Notes: generated by a model from the sequence alone, not told the origin. Counted from the stretch's first letter, positions 34,134-47,669 are shown. The stretch is DNA of 64,000 nt from Felis catus (GCF_018350175.1 NC_058369.1:10046001-10110000); one strand, 5' to 3'. Made by a program: numbers and translations.

Positions 34134-36691
34134 GATCCATAACCGTCAGTTCGATTCAATTCCACAAAAATACATTGACCACCCACTACATGCCAGGCGT
34201 TATGCTTCTCAAGACAAGATTAATGGGATGCCCTTCTTTCCGGAGCATATGGACCTTCTGGGTTCACATGCTTTCACTGATGCCCGGACTTTGTGCTATG
34301 TGCTTCGGGTCACAGAGTCTCCCCTTGCATTTGGAGGCTCCGGGTGGTTAAAGGTGTTGGAACAAGGACTGGGGGACAATACGTTGGTGTTATTAATGTT
34401 GCTTTATCAACGGTTAAAGGCAATTTGGGGTGGCGGAGGGGAGGAAACTGTAGTCCAAAAGTTTAGGGGCCCGAGCTCTGGCCCCTGAATGCCTGGATTT
34501 GAATCCCAGATTCATGATTCCTTGTGGTGTGACCTTGGACAACCCCCTCGTCTCCCTATGCCTCAGTGCGTCCATCTGCAGAACAGACCTCATGAGAGCA
34601 ACCTGTCTTCTAGAATCGTGGTGAAATCAGGGAGCTCTATAAAGCTGTAGGCAGCTCGGGGCACAAAGCAAGCACTCAGTAAGTGATAGAGATTATGATG
34701 ATGATCCAGCCAGCGCCCCCCCCCCCCAGCCCCCAGAAAGTAGCCGGAGGGAGGACCCAGATTCTCTGAACCTGCAGGGCTGGTGTGGAGGAGTAGGAGG
34801 GAGCCAGGACCCCAGCCTCCGCTTCATGGGGGCTGCCAAATCCGGTCGAGGTGCGGCGAGGTCTGGCCTCCCCCAGCAAGCACGTTAATTACCTCTCAGG
34901 GTCACGGGTCTTAAGGAGCCCCTCTGCGGGATCTCACCCGGCCCTCTGTATATTGATCTCATCTAATCTCTCAGCAGGCGGGCGGGGCTCTAAATCCTTC
35001 TTTACTCCTTTCCTGCCCCCGCTGGGCCGGGAGGCCCCAGGCAGGGCTTAGCTCGCAGCGAATGAGGCCTGGGAAGCCAGAGCGCTTAGGGGGACATCTC
35101 TGCCCCTCATAACAGAAGATGGACAGCGCGGTGTGTACATAGGGGACGTCCCCCAGATGGGGGGAGGGCAGGCTGGCACTTCATCCCTCTGCCAGCCAGG
35201 GGACCAGGACACCCACTGTCCCCCCACCCCGGGTCTGGGAATCCACCGTTGGGGCTGTGGAACCCGGGTCAGTGGCCTCTCCCAGACAGCCAGCCGTGGC
35301 GCCCCACTGTCCCCATGGCGGGGGAGGGAGGGGGCTGGAGGAGGATTTGGGAGCTGGTGAAGGGCACTGCTTTGCTGCTCTGTCTTCTTGCAGAAGCCAA
35401 AGCTGCAGGGAGAGGCCGCCTGGCTGGGCTCTGCTGGGGTGATTAGCGTCTGCGGGGGCTCCTGGCCTTACCTGGGGTCACCGGTGCTTTTCCGGCCACT
35501 GCCAGTCGTTCAGGGGGCTCCCTGGGAGCCTGGGAGGCCTCAGTTCCCACCCTTGAAGTGGGCTCTGAGGGGGGGTGGGGAGCCCAGCGGTTCTGTGGAG
35601 CTGCCTGGTCCGGAGGGAAGGTCAACGGAGGCTGTGGGGCATGTGGGGGGACTAGTGGAGTGGGCGGGGCGCAGAGGTGGCCTCAGACACGCAGCTCGGT
35701 GGCGCTTGTTAAAACTCTGAAGACGGAGCAGTCTGGGTTTGAATCCACTTTTTGCTGGGAGACCCTGAGCAAGCGACTTTGCCTCTCGGGGCCTTGTTTC
35801 CTCCCGTTCCTTGTCACCTCCTCTGTTTTGGGTCAAGAACCGAGTCAATGAAACGGCTCGGAGCAAGGGCCCCTCCCGGCCAAGAGAAAAGGCTATCGAC
35901 CGACCAACAGGTACGTGAAGATCGACGAGGGGGTGACAGCAGGCTCCTACCCGTGGAGGTTTACCCGTGCCCATCCGGGTGGCACACCTGGGACACATCT
36001 GGACCGTACCTGGAGCACATCTTCCAGGCTTCCAGCGACTGGTCCATCTTGGCCCGGCTCAACCAGCATCAGAGAGGCACTAAGTCCCTGGGTGAGGTCT
36101 CCTTTCCTGAGAAAACACACACACAAAAAAAAAGGGCGCTCAGCGAATGCCAGGCACTGTCCTGAGCACCTCACATTCATGACAGCACTTAACTTTACGA
36201 CAACCTGCGAGCTGGAGGCCATCAGTGGTGCTGGCCAAGAATTGTGCTTCCTGCCCACCTGGGGGGGGGGGTCATGTGACTACTTCCAACCAATGAGTTG
36301 TGAGTGGAGCTGACACCTGGCATTCCCAACTAGAGCTTTTCATCGCCTGTGCGCGACTTTCCAAGGCCCTTATTTCCTTCTGACGTGACAGCAAGCAATG
36401 TTCCAGAATGTTCCAGAGTGTGACTGCTCCGCCAGTGACTCTGATAAGCAGACCCTCCCCGCAATGGCCCCAAATGGACATGAAGCATGAGTGAAAAATA
36501 AACCTGTGATTTTCAGTCACTGAGATGCTGCATTTCTCTTTTTCTGCAGCCTAGCCTAACCATCAGAAATTACATCCCCCCCTCCCCCACCTTTTATAGT
36601 TGAGGAAATTGAGACACAGACAAGGTTAAGTCACTTGCCTTAAGTCACCCAGCTAGTAAGTGACAGTCAGAGTTAGAAGCTGGGCAGTCCA

Positions 36692-37120
36692 GGGGTGTCT
36701 GGGTGGCTCAGTCAGTTGAGTGATCAACTTCGGCTCAGGTCATGATCTCGTGGTCCGTGAGTTCAAGCCCCCACGTCGGGCTCTGGGCTGACGGCTCAGA
36801 GCCTGGAGCCTGCTTCCGATTCTGTGTCTCCCTCTCTCTCTGCCCCTCCCCACTCATGCTCTGTCTCTCTCTGTCTCAGAAATAAATAAACATTAAAAAT
36901 TTTTTTTCTTAAAATAAAAAAATGTTTATTTATTCATTTTGAGAGAGAATGACTTGGGGAGGGGCAGAGAGAGAGAGAGACGGAGAGAGAGAATCCCAAA
37001 CAGGCTCCATGCCTCCAGCACAGAGCCGGACAAGGGCTTGATCCCATGAACCATGAGATCACAACCTGAGCTGAAATCAAGAGCCAGAGGCTTAACCGAC
37101 TGAGCCGCCCAGGCGTCCCC
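36692..37120. mobile_element. Tail-to-tail inverted CAN-SINE pair (+ ~36692-36900, - ~36920-37120)
   Basis: Sense SINE A tail is followed almost directly by an antisense SINE T tail. Confidence 0.9.
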
Positions 37121-38529
37121 AGAATCTGTGCGTTTTATTTCTAAACGGTCTTTCTGGATGGGACACAGTCACCCTGGGGGGCCTGGAAAGTATGGAAAAT
37201 TCATAAACTGTAGTGGATTCTGGGTGGGGTTGGCTTCTGTGGCCTCTGATTGTTTGGGGCTTTTTGTTTTTCCTCTCCCTTGAACACGGACTCTCCTAGA
37301 AGGTTCCCTCCTCAGCTCCCCTGCGCCATACCCGGGAGGCTGGGGGGGGGAGGGCAGAGAGGGGGCTTTCTCCCCTCCCCCTCCTCACTTAGAAAGTCTA
37401 TCTTCTGCAGCTCCTCCTTGTCCCCCTCCGGGGACAAATTCCCCGAGTCCTAGCGGATCTGCACCCCATTCCGCAGCTCCTCCCAGCGCGCCCTGCGAGG
37501 CCGCCTGGAATAGATGGAGGTCAAACATTGCAAAGGAGAAAAGCCCTGAGGCCAGACGGCCGAGCCCCCAGCTGAGCTTTCAGAAATGTCTTCTCACCTC
37601 TTCACCCCACGCGGCTTCCTTTGCTCTCCCGGGGTCCCTGAGGTCCGGCTGCAGCCCCCAGAGAGCCAGCACTACAGCGTCCCCTGCCCTCGGAGCCTCC
37701 CCGGGAAAACGTGGCCAGGCGGGGCTCAGGACACCTTCACACAAACCTCAGCTCGTCCTGCCCTGACCGGTTAACTCGACACTTACTCTACATTAAATAC
37801 CAATTGGGCCAATTTTCTGCTGTAATTAAAACCTCTGCAGACGCGTTCCCTGCTCATCAGTGATGAGTTTATTAACCTCCAGCTCTGAAGGAATGTGGGG
37901 CAGGGAGAAGGACGGAAAAGTGTTTGGCTCCGGGCAGGGGGCAGGGGGCAGGCGGCCGGCAGCCGTGTTTGCAGAAGCGTCGGCATCTGTGCGTGGCCGG
38001 CCTCTGTGACGGGGACCCAGAAAGACCCATCCCTGCCGTGCTGACCTTCTGCAGCCCTGGAATCATAACTGAGTGTCTTTTGAGAGTTCCACCTCCCAGC
38101 CTGCTGACAAGCAGCTTGTCCGGAACCCGGAGACATGGCCTCTTCCAGCTCAGCAATCTGGGCTCGCTTGTCGTGCAGCATAACCGAGGCTGCGGTAACG
38201 ATTACATATTATATCCCCACTTACAGAAGGTGAACCCGAGGCAGCCCGGTTTGCTTCCGAACCCAGGGGAGACCAAGATGGTTCTTGGCAAAGGGAGCCC
38301 CAGATCCTAGGGATAGACTCTCAAGGTTGACAGGGGGAGCAGGCCCGGCTGGTTCCCTCGTCTGCCGGACGTGTGAGGTTCACGGCCGCCAGCCATAGGG
38401 GCTGGAAGCTCAATGCCTGGCACACCCGGGGCACCTCAAGCAATCAATGGTCTGTTCGTCAGAGAAAACCTGTAGACTGGAGCATGACCCAGCCCCCAAA
38501 AGCAACTGTTTTCTTTTTTTAATCAATAG

Positions 38530-38760
38530 ATTTCATTTCTTTTTTCTTTTTATTATTTTAAAAAATTTATTTATTTATTCTTGAGAGAGTGAGCAGGGGA
38601 GGAACAGGGTGGGGGGAGGCGGTGGAGAGAGAGGATCCCAAGCAGCTCCGCACTGTCAGCACAGAGCCCAAGGCGGGGCTTGATCCCATGAGCCGTGAGA
38701 TCGGGACCTGAGCAGAAACCGAGAGTCAGTCGCTTAACCGACCGAGCCACCCAGCCGCCC
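38530..38760 (-). mobile_element. CAN-SINE
   Basis: T-rich tail, ...cgcttaaccgaccgagccaccc. Confidence 0.88.
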
Positions 38761-39899
38761 TTGCTGGACAATTACAGTCGGACTCTGTGGGTGGGTGAAG
38801 GGGCTCCGGAAGAGGTACAGCCCCTGCAGGAGCCCTGGCTGAGGTCTGGCATCCAGACCCCCTGGGGCCCCTCCAGCCTTTCTCGGCTGCCACCCCTCGT
38901 TTTTCGTGTGACTCTTGTCCTTGCCTCCTGCTCACTCCCCCACCTGCTCCTTCCCTCTTCAGCCTCTGTCTTTCCTCCTGTGTTCTCTCTCCCAGGCTCC
39001 TCCATCCTGCTCCTCCCCAGCTCTCCGCCACTTTCTTGCCCCAGACGCGGGGATGTGAGAAAGTTCCGGCAGAAATTGCAATCTCCTCTCCTCTCATGTG
39101 GCTCCTAGATAAGACAGTAAAAATCCGATTTTCAGCAATTTGCTTCATTTGTGAGCTCTCCCTCGTCTCCCTTTCTCCCCCTGACACCAGCTTAGCAAAA
39201 TTGCCTGGGCGGAGTGGATATTTTTAACCACTTAGTAGTCAGAGGAGGATCGTATAAAGTTTTGCAGGAAACCCGGCCCCGTGCAGCCAGCTGCTGGCTG
39301 TGTGCTTTGGGGGTTAGCGGACAAGCACTTAAGGAAGCCAGGTGGGCAGGCCGAAGGGAACTGAGTAGGCAGGAAGGGGCTTGGGGGGGGAACGGAGTGA
39401 CCGGGACCAGAGGGGGAACAACGTGTGGGAGAGGGTCTGCCAGACGGGAGCTGTGGTTGCTGGAGGAAACCAGTCTGGGACCCAGGCTTCTCGTCCGGCC
39501 ACAAAGAGATACCAAGGGAGCTTCCCCGGCACTTTGGGAAGGGGCGTCTCCTTCCCCAAACCAGAGGCGGCGGTGGTTGGGAACACAGTGAACGTTTATT
39601 GAGCACCTTGGCGCGCCGGGCACAGGCTGCTGGCTTTTTATGTGCGTTGAATCCCCGTCGCGGTTGCCGAAGGAAGCCTTCTTCTTCTGTGGGTATCAGT
39701 TAAGGCAAATGCGAGGCTGTGTCGCCACAAGGCCCCCAAATGCAGGTTCCCCGCCCCCGTCACTGTCCCAATGGTTGCTATTTGGAACATGCGGTCTCCA
39801 CCACTACCCGAGTTTGACATCGGACCCTTGCCATCGAAGCCAGGAACCGAAAGGGTGCAGATAGCGAGGGAAATACCACGGCTTAAAGAACACGGGTCA

Positions 39900-39991
39900 T
39901 TTTTTTTTTTTTTAGTTTTTATTTTTAGAAGTTATTTTTTTAAGTTTATCTATTTGTTTTGAGAGAGACAGAGACGGCGCAAGTGGGGAGG

Positions 39992-40029
<38 letters not shown>

Positions 40030-40149
40030 CCCAAGCAGGCCCCACACTCAGGGCCCAATGTGGGGCTGGAAGCCACAAAGCCACGAGATCATGACCTGAG
40101 CTGAAACCGAGAGTCGGACGCTTAACTGACTGAGCCCCCCAGGCGCCCC
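39900..40149 (-). mobile_element. CAN-SINE
   Basis: (GA)n; gaacac(g/a)ggtca duplicated on both flanks. Confidence 0.92.
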
Positions 40150-40279
40150 TGGAACACAGGTCACTTCTGACTCACGTGCCGGCCATAGCTGCCTGCCCTG
40201 TGCTCTGCAAAGCCAACCACTCTCCCTAGAGTCACAGGCTGTCTTCAAGGATCTCACAGAGGCCAGGCGTCTCCGTCCA

Positions 40280-40620
40280 TTGGGGCTGTTAGATTACAAT
40301 AGACTGGGTGGCTTATAAACAAAAGACATGTATATCTAGGTTCTGGAATCCAGAAGTCCAAGGTCAAGGTGCTGGCAGATTTGGTATTTGGTGGGGACCT
40401 GCTTCCTGGCTCACGGATGGCTGTCTCCTCAGTGCATCCTCATATGGTGGGTGGGGCAAGGGAGCTCTCTGGGGTCTCTTAGAAGGCCAATGCTCCCATT
40501 CATGAGGACCCCATCCTCATAACTTAATCACCCCAAAGGCCCCGCCTCCAGTTGCCCCCATCCTGGGGATTCAGTTCCAACATCTGAATTTGGAGGAAGA
40601 CACACATTCGGTTTATAGCA
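40280..40620 (-). mobile_element. MLT1A-like LTR
   Basis: agactgggtggcttataaac...aagtccaaggtcaaggtgctggcagatttggt. Confidence 0.85.
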
Positions 40621-41249
40621 GCTGGCCACCTAGATGTTTTGTCCCTGCGTGACAAGGGCCACCGGCTTCCCAGCCTGTCAGATGGGAGTCTTTACCAGCT
40701 GCCCACCTGCTAAGATAATGTCAGATATTTTAGATTCTATGACCGAATTGTTAGTTACAATAGCATTTGGGCTGCTGGAACAGAAATCCAAGATTACGGC
40801 GGCTCAAACAAGAGGTAACTTTTTTAAAGTGCCTTTCTTTAAAGTGCCCACCGTGGGGCTTGAACTCACGACCACGAGATCAAGAGTTGCGTGCTCTTCC
40901 AACTGAGTGAGCCAGGCATCCCCAGAGATAACTTCATTTACGACTTACTTAATAGTCTGGCTGTCAATGGTCCGGGGCTGGGGTGATTGGCTATATTGTA
41001 GTGAGGACGTGGGCTCTTTCTGGCTTCTGATCTGCCACCTCTAGGGGGGGCCAGGATGACTCCCCAACATGTCCTCTTTCCAGCCAGTGGGAGGGACTCC
41101 ACTCCTTCCCTTCAAGGGCAGAGCCCAGAAGGTGCATAGGTGGCTGACGTTGGCCAGACAAAGTCACATGGTATAGCTTCAAGGAAGGCTGGCAAATGAA
41201 GTCGTTTTCCTGGGTGGCCATGTGCCCAGGTTAAAAATGGAGGTGCTTT

Positions 41250-41440
41250 GGGGTGCCTGGGGGGCTCAGTCAGCTAAACATCTGACTCTCGATTTTGGCT
41301 CAGGTCATAATCTTGTGGTTCATGAGTTCAAGCCCCACATCGGGCTCTGTGCTGACAGTGCAGAGCCTGCTTGGGATTCTCTCTCTCCGCCCCTCCCCCA
41401 CTTGCACCCTCTCTCTCTAAATAAATAAACTTAAAAAAAA
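41250..41440 (+). mobile_element. CAN-SINE
   Basis: ggggtgcctggggggctcagtc...gagcctgcttgggattctctctc. Confidence 0.9.
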
Positions 41441-42165
41441 TTTTTTTTAAATAGGAGGTTCTTTATTAATACAAAAGACAAGGAGAATGGAGGGGAGAAT
41501 GAGGAGTGATGGTTACGCTTTGAGAAGAGAGATGATTCATTTTCAGAAATGCCAAATAAAAGCTGCGCTGTCTCATTAACAACAGGTTTACAACCTACTG
41601 CAAATATGTACGAACCCCCCACTCCACCCCAACCCATGGAGTCTCAAATACTTAGACGCTTCACTTCCTGGTTCTTCTCCCCACCCCCGCCCCCCCCAAC
41701 CCCCCCCCACCCCCCGCCCCACCCCCGCTCTGTTTCGTGGGCTTATTGTTGGGGGCTTATTTTCGTGGGCTTTGCAAGGAGCATGCACCCAAGAGCAAAG
41801 GGAGAAGTGACCGAAAGTCTCCGTGTCACCTCAGGGGATGGACATTTGTTCCAATCAGACTACTTTTTGCCTGACATGGGCGTAGGCGACGCCTGGGGAA
41901 GGCTGGAACCTCTCTAGTCCTCAGCCAGTGAGGAACCAGGGAGGGACCCACACGCCAGGGGATAAATTGTCTGCTGTGATTCCCCCGAGTGAGCCTGTCC
42001 ACCAGACATCTGCGCTTGCAAGAACATTGATTAAAGCCTCATTTCACTGTGATTTGAGTCTTCACATCCTTCCTTTGATTGGGTTGATGGGTTTATTTCT
42101 AACATACACAACATGGTGAATATGTTTAATGCCACTGAGTTGTATACTTTAAAACGGTTATAATA

Positions 42166-42390
42166 GGGGCACCTGGGTTGCTCTGTCGGTTAAGCGTCTG
42201 ACCTCAGCTCAGGTCATGATCTCGCGGTTTGTGGGTTCGAGCCCTGCAATGGGCTGTATGCTGACAGCTCGGAGCCTGGAGCCTGCTTCGGATGCTGTGT
42301 CTCCCTCTCTCTCTCTGCCCCTCCCTGACTCGCACTCTGTCTCTCTCTCAAAAATAAAAAAAAAAAAAAACATTTAAAAAATCTAATAAA
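42166..42390 (+). mobile_element. CAN-SINE within an L1 3' end, followed by an L2 fragment (~42490-42800)
   Basis: Standard SINE head and tail; flanking aatgccactgagttgtatactttaaaac. Confidence 0.88.
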
Positions 42391-43039
42391 TAAAATGATT
42401 ACAATAGTAAACTTTAGGTGGTGTTGTGTTTTATCACGATAAAAAATAATTTACTTACCAAAAAAGACAAGAAAAGGGATATTGGGAGACAGAAGCAGGA
42501 ATCCGAAGGAAGAGAGAGAGCAAGCCGTGCATCTGCCAGGGGCACAGATTTTTCCTGGAGGGAGGAAAGGCATATGCAAAGGCCCTGCGGCTGGGACTTG
42601 CTTGATGTGTCTGAGAAACATCGAGGAGGCTGGAGTGAAAGAGGGTGACAGTGGTAAGAGATGAGGGCAGGGAGGTGACAGGGGCTATAAACTGTGGGGA
42701 GGAGCCCAGATTTTTTTCCGAGTGATGAGAAGCTGATGGAGAGTTCTGACCATGAAAGTGACCAGGTCCAACTTAGGTTTTAAAGCAATCACTCAAGCCA
42801 CTATACCTTCAGGTGTTCTCAGCACCCTAAGAAGGCTGAAATTCAGGTCTCCCCAAGCCCAGGCTTCCTGGGGATAACCCAGGCCTCCCATGGCTCCCAC
42901 CTGGCCTCCCTCATCCATTCTCCCTTCCCCTCCACAGGCTGTCCCCTTCCTGGCTGGCTGCAAGGACCAGTGGGCAAAAGCTCGGGTTGTGGAGTCAGTG
43001 TTGAAATCTCAGCTCCAGCACTGAATAGCTGTGAGCCTG

Positions 43040-43434
43040 CGCCGTGGACCGAATGTGTCCTCCCAGGGTCATATGTTGAAGCCACAATCCTCAGCGGGAC
43101 TGTATTTGGAGATTGGGCCTTTACATGAGGTCATGGGGGGGGGGGCGCGGACCATGATCCAGTAGGATTAGTGTCCTTAAAAAAAATTCTTTTTTACATT
43201 TATTCATTTTTGAGAGACGGAGAGAGAGCACAAGCTGGGGAGGGGCAGAGACAGAGAGGGAGACACAGAATCTGAAGCAGGCTCCAGACTCAGCTGTCAG
43301 CACAGAGCCCGACATGGGGCTTGAACTCACAAACCACGAGATCATGACCTGAACCAAAGTTGGACGCTCAACCGACTGAGCCACCCAGGCGCCCTGGGTT
43401 AGTGTCCTTTAAAGAAGAGACTGGAGAGGGTATG

Positions 43435-43481
<47 letters not shown>

Positions 43482-43682
43482 CCTGCCACATGAGGTTCAG
43501 TGAGAAGGTAGCCATCTTCAAACCAGGAAGCTCATTGTCACCAGAACCCAGACCAGCTGACAACTTGATCTTGGACTTCCAGTCTCCAGAAACCGTGAGA
43601 AACAAATTTCTGTTATTTAACAACCGCCCGGCTCCCACCCAGTCTCTAGTGTTTTGTTATGGCAGCCCCAGCAGACCGATAT
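43040..43682 (+). mobile_element. MLT1A-like LTR with an inserted minus-strand CAN-SINE (~43187-43394) and (CT)n
   Basis: ttagtgtcctt duplicated around the SINE; cttgatcttggacttccagtctccagaaaccgtgagaaac. Confidence 0.88.
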
Positions 43683-44019
43683 GCCTTGTTTGGGTGACTT
43701 AACCTCTCCATGCCTCAGTTTCTTCATCACAAAGATGGGCGTATAAATACACCATAGAATACCTTGAGGCTCCGTAAGCAAAGAATGCATTTGAACAGTG
43801 CGTAGCGCCTCCAAAGCTCTCAGCAAATGTCAGAGTATCAGTCAGCACAGGCTTGAGGAAGGCAACACGGTGGGTTCCCTGCACACGTCCCCATGACCCT
43901 GGCCGTCCATTACTGCTGGCACCTGTGGCACTCAGGAGCAGCCTTGGCAAGGGAGAGATAGGGCTGGAGGATAAACACCCCAGATCCCTCGCGCCTCTGG
44001 TGGAACAACGCAGAGGCGT

Positions 44020-44705
44020 GTGCTTGCAAAGTGTAAAAGTCCCCAAGACCACCCTCACATCTACACCAACAGCAAGTCTGGAGTCCCTAAGACTACCCCA
44101 GTTTCGATAATCCCCGAGGACTCACTGATAGCTCTCATACGCGACACGTTATGGTTTGTTACAGGGAAAGGGTACAGATTAACATCAACCAAGGGAAGGG
44201 ACTCGCGTGGGGCAGGACCCAGGAGACGCCAGGTGTGAACATCCAGTCGGCCCCTCCCAGTGGAGTTGTGCGAGCAGCGCTAACTTCTCCCAGTGACCGT
44301 GCGTGACGACACTCACGGTGTACTGCCAACCCAGGATGCTCACCCAGCCTTCGTGTCCAGAGTCTTCGTTGAGTCCGTGTCACATAGACATGGCTGACCC
44401 TCCGTGTGGCTGACCTCAGTCTCCAGGCCCTCCAGAGGTCGGGCTGACACTGGGTGACCCACGCCTGCCCCCACCCCCCACCCCAACCACCATAAATCAC
44501 ACTGTTACTACCTAGTGTGACCAAAGCTCCCCCGTATACATCATATTGATCGAGTAGACTGTGTGGCCCAAGGTCCCAGGTAAACAAAGATACTCTAACC
44601 AAGCAAGACATTCTAGGGCTTCCAGGCCACCTCTCAGGAGCAAAGGACAAAGACTAGACCTCTCTTTGGGTGAGGTTAATCCTTTACGGCACCTTTCTAC
44701 AGTGT
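44020..44705 (-). mobile_element. MER21-like ERVL LTR, apparently nested in an LTR16-like element
   Basis: cctcccagtggagttgtgc...gctcacccagccttcgtgtccagag...ctctctttgggtgaggttaatcc. Confidence 0.7.
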
Positions 44706-44864
44706 CTCCCAGAATTCCCCTGTGGGATTGAGCCTCACTTGCCCACAGTAGTAACCTCAACAGTGTGCTCGCTCTTGGCTCCGACATTTCCCTCACTCTC
44801 CCTCCTAGGGTCACTTCCCAAATAAATGATTTGCCCTTGCAACCTGGCTTCTAGGTGAACCCAC

Positions 44865-45345
44865 TGTTGCAGGCTGAATAACGGCGCCCCTCCCTCCCCC
44901 CCAGAGATATTAGTTCCCGGGCTCTGGAACCTGTGAATGCGACCTTCGGTGGCAAAAGAGATTTTACAGATGGGATTAAGTTAAGGCTCTTGAAATAGGA
45001 GATTATCCTGGATTATCTGGGAGGGCCCTAAATGCAATCCTAAGTGTCCTTATAAGAGGGAAGGAGAGGGAGGAGGTCAGATGTTACACTGCTGGCTTTG
45101 AAGATGGAGGAAGGGGCCCTGAGCCGAGGGACACAGCACTGCAGCGCTGGCAGCTGGAAAAGTCGAGAAAACAGACTCTTCCCAAAGGGCTCCCAAAGGA
45201 GCAGGGTCCTGCTGACACCTGTTTCAACCCACTGAAACTGACTTCAGGCTTCGGACCTCCAGAACGGTAAGGGAAGAAATGTTTGTTGTGTTAAGCCACC
45301 GAGTTTGTGGTAATTTGCCACAGCGGCCATAGACTATTGATACAC
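44865..45345 (+). mobile_element. MLT1D-like LTR
   Basis: ggcaaaagagattttacagatgggattaagttaagg...gctggctttgaagatggaggaagggg. Confidence 0.85.
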
Positions 45346-46319
45346 CAGCTGAGACGGGAGGTCATGCTGTGGGAACCCCAACATCTCAGTGGCTTCAAAG
45401 TTTATTTCTTGCTCGTGTTACATGACCGTTGGGAACCACCTGGGGCCTCTGTTTGGGTCATCCTCATAGCAGGATCCAGGCTGTTGAGGCAGCAGCTATC
45501 TAGAACGTTCTTAGTCACTGCAGCAGAGGAAAGAGAGCAGAGGGTCCTGCCTCAGCCATTAAATACGCCAACCTGGCAATGATGTCATCACGTCTGCTTG
45601 CAGCTGATTGGCCAGCACTCATCGCATGGCTCCAGCCAACCCCAGGGGAGCCCGGAAGTGCCTCCCATCAGGTGCCCAGAAGGTGGAGAGCAGGGAAACA
45701 TCAGTAACCCCCACCCCCCACCCCACCCCGGAACTGGATATTACTAGAGTAACAGGATGCTACAATGGACTTTTTCATTCAGGCCCCAAATAAATAAATA
45801 TAGTGTCCAGTGAGAGGTACCAGACCACAGTGAACGTTTCCAAAGTCGAAGGCTCCCGATGGGTTTCAAGACTCAGCGTGAGCGGAGTCTGAAAGGCTTG
45901 GGGAAGAAGGCAGGTTTGGAGAGGGTTTTATGAGGATTTCTCCGGAGGAGGCTGTGCTGTGAGCTTCATGCTCTCCCCATCAGGAGAAAAGGGTCAGAGC
46001 CGGGCGCCCCCCCTCACTTCAAGCCAGGGAAGGAAGAACATTGGCAGGATGTTCTGGAGAATCTGTTGTGGGTCCCCTGGACTTTTGTGACCCGTGGAAG
46101 GCAGAAGAAAGGGGCTGGTGACTGCTCTGGTAGATCAAAATACAGGGTGTTTCCAGGAGGGCTGCCTGGAGGAGGTGCTGGGACTCCGGCCGCAAGCATA
46201 TGACGGTTTCAGCGGGGAGAAAGGCTGAGCAGAGAGCAGGTCCTAAGGGAGAAGCAGGGGCTGGGTGAGAGGGCTCCTTCGGCAGCAGAACCAGCTCCAC
46301 CAGGACCCTCTGGCTCCTG

Positions 46320-46875
46320 GTGTCCTGGGACTGTCGTAACAAAGGACCACAGACTTCAGCTACAACAATAGGAATTTCTTCTCTGCCAGTTCTGGAGGCC
46401 AGAGTGGGAAATCCACGTGTGGGCCAGGCCAGCCGCCTCTGGGAGGTCCAGGGCAGAATCTTCCCTGGCTTCTTCCAGCTCCAGTGACCCCAGGCACTGC
46501 CCCCCACGCCTGGGCTTGTGGTTGCTTTGCTCTAATCTCTGCCTGTTTGCAAAGTCTTCTCCCGGGGTGTCTCTGTTCTCATGTCTGTCCCTCACACGGA
46601 TACCTGTCCCTGGATTTAGGCTCACCCAGATGAGAATCTCATCCCAGGATTCTTAACTTTTTAAAAAAAAAAAAAAGTTTATTGAAGTAATCTCTGCACC
46701 CAAAGTGGGGCTCGAACTCACAACCCCGAGATCAAGAGTCGCATGCTCCTTCGGCCCCCCAGGATTCATCGCTTAATCCTATCTGCAAAGACTCTTTTTA
46801 CCAAATAAGGTCACAGTCAGAGGTTCCAGGGGTGAGAACGTGGCACATGTCCCTTGGGGGACCGCCACGTGACCC
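46320..46875 (-). mobile_element. MLT1 LTR with an inserted short tRNA-like SINE (~46660-46760)
   Basis: cagttctggaggccaga...aaataaggtcacagtcagaggttccagggg. Confidence 0.8.
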
Positions 46876-46964
46876 CCCCCCCCTACACTCCCCTTCCCTC
46901 CCTGAGCTCAGATCCTGAGCGTTGACCGGTCGTCAACCTTGGGCTTCTCTGTGTCCCTCCGTAT

Positions 46965-47212
46965 AGAATCCGGTTTTAGCAAGAATCCAGTTAAGTCAGT
47001 AGAGCTGGAACCTCCCCTCACTCCTGATGTTTCCTCCTAGTAATTTTCCATCCACTGCCCCCCACCCCGCTCCTTGGCTGTAAATCAGAACCGAGCCTGG
47101 TTCTACCCTCAGATATCATTTTCCCTATTGCAACAGTTTAAAAAACAAAAGCAAAACACAAAATGTATCTTTATCCCTTTAACGGTTGTCCAGCTCTGGT
47201 TTTCCTTAAGTG
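46965..47212 (+). mobile_element. MER31-like ERV1 LTR fragment
   Basis: tagtaattttccatccactg...ctccttggctgtaaatc...cctattgcaa. Confidence 0.6.
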
Positions 47213-47669
47213 TGACAGGAAGGGCTAGGAAGGAAGGAGGGAGGGGCGGGCCCCACACCACCCCGGGCCCCCAGAACAAGGAGGAGAATATTTAGGTCTA
47301 AAGCACCATCCGAGCTGGGATCTAGACATTCTCGTTCTGAATCGTGCCCAGCCTGCCTTGTGACCTCAGGTGACCATTAGAGCATCTGTGATCTGAGATG
47401 CGCAGAAAAGTCAGGAAGCTAAGAGTTTATCCAGTTAACACCCCTGCCACCACCCCGCCGTAAAAGCACGTTATAGGAGCAGGAGGAACCACCCCAGGAG
47501 TTAAGGGTGGCTCCGTGCTGGTTCATTTTCCTTACAGTGTCTTGATTCCAAAGTTCCTTGGAAGTCGTTTTGTCCCCCCCCCCTCCCCCGCACTGACCTC
47601 TCTCTACCTGCCCGTTCTGCCTTCCACTGGGCCCCCAGGTCCTCCTTCGCCCTGGGGCCCCGTCTGCCT

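Noticed and set aside
35110..35131. Possible REST/NRSE site (GGACAGCGC)
   Set aside because: Only the right half matches; no TTCAGCACC left half.
43990..44004. CTCF-like TCCACCAGAGGCGC on the minus strand
   Set aside because: One base short in the G core; weaker than the three sites reported.
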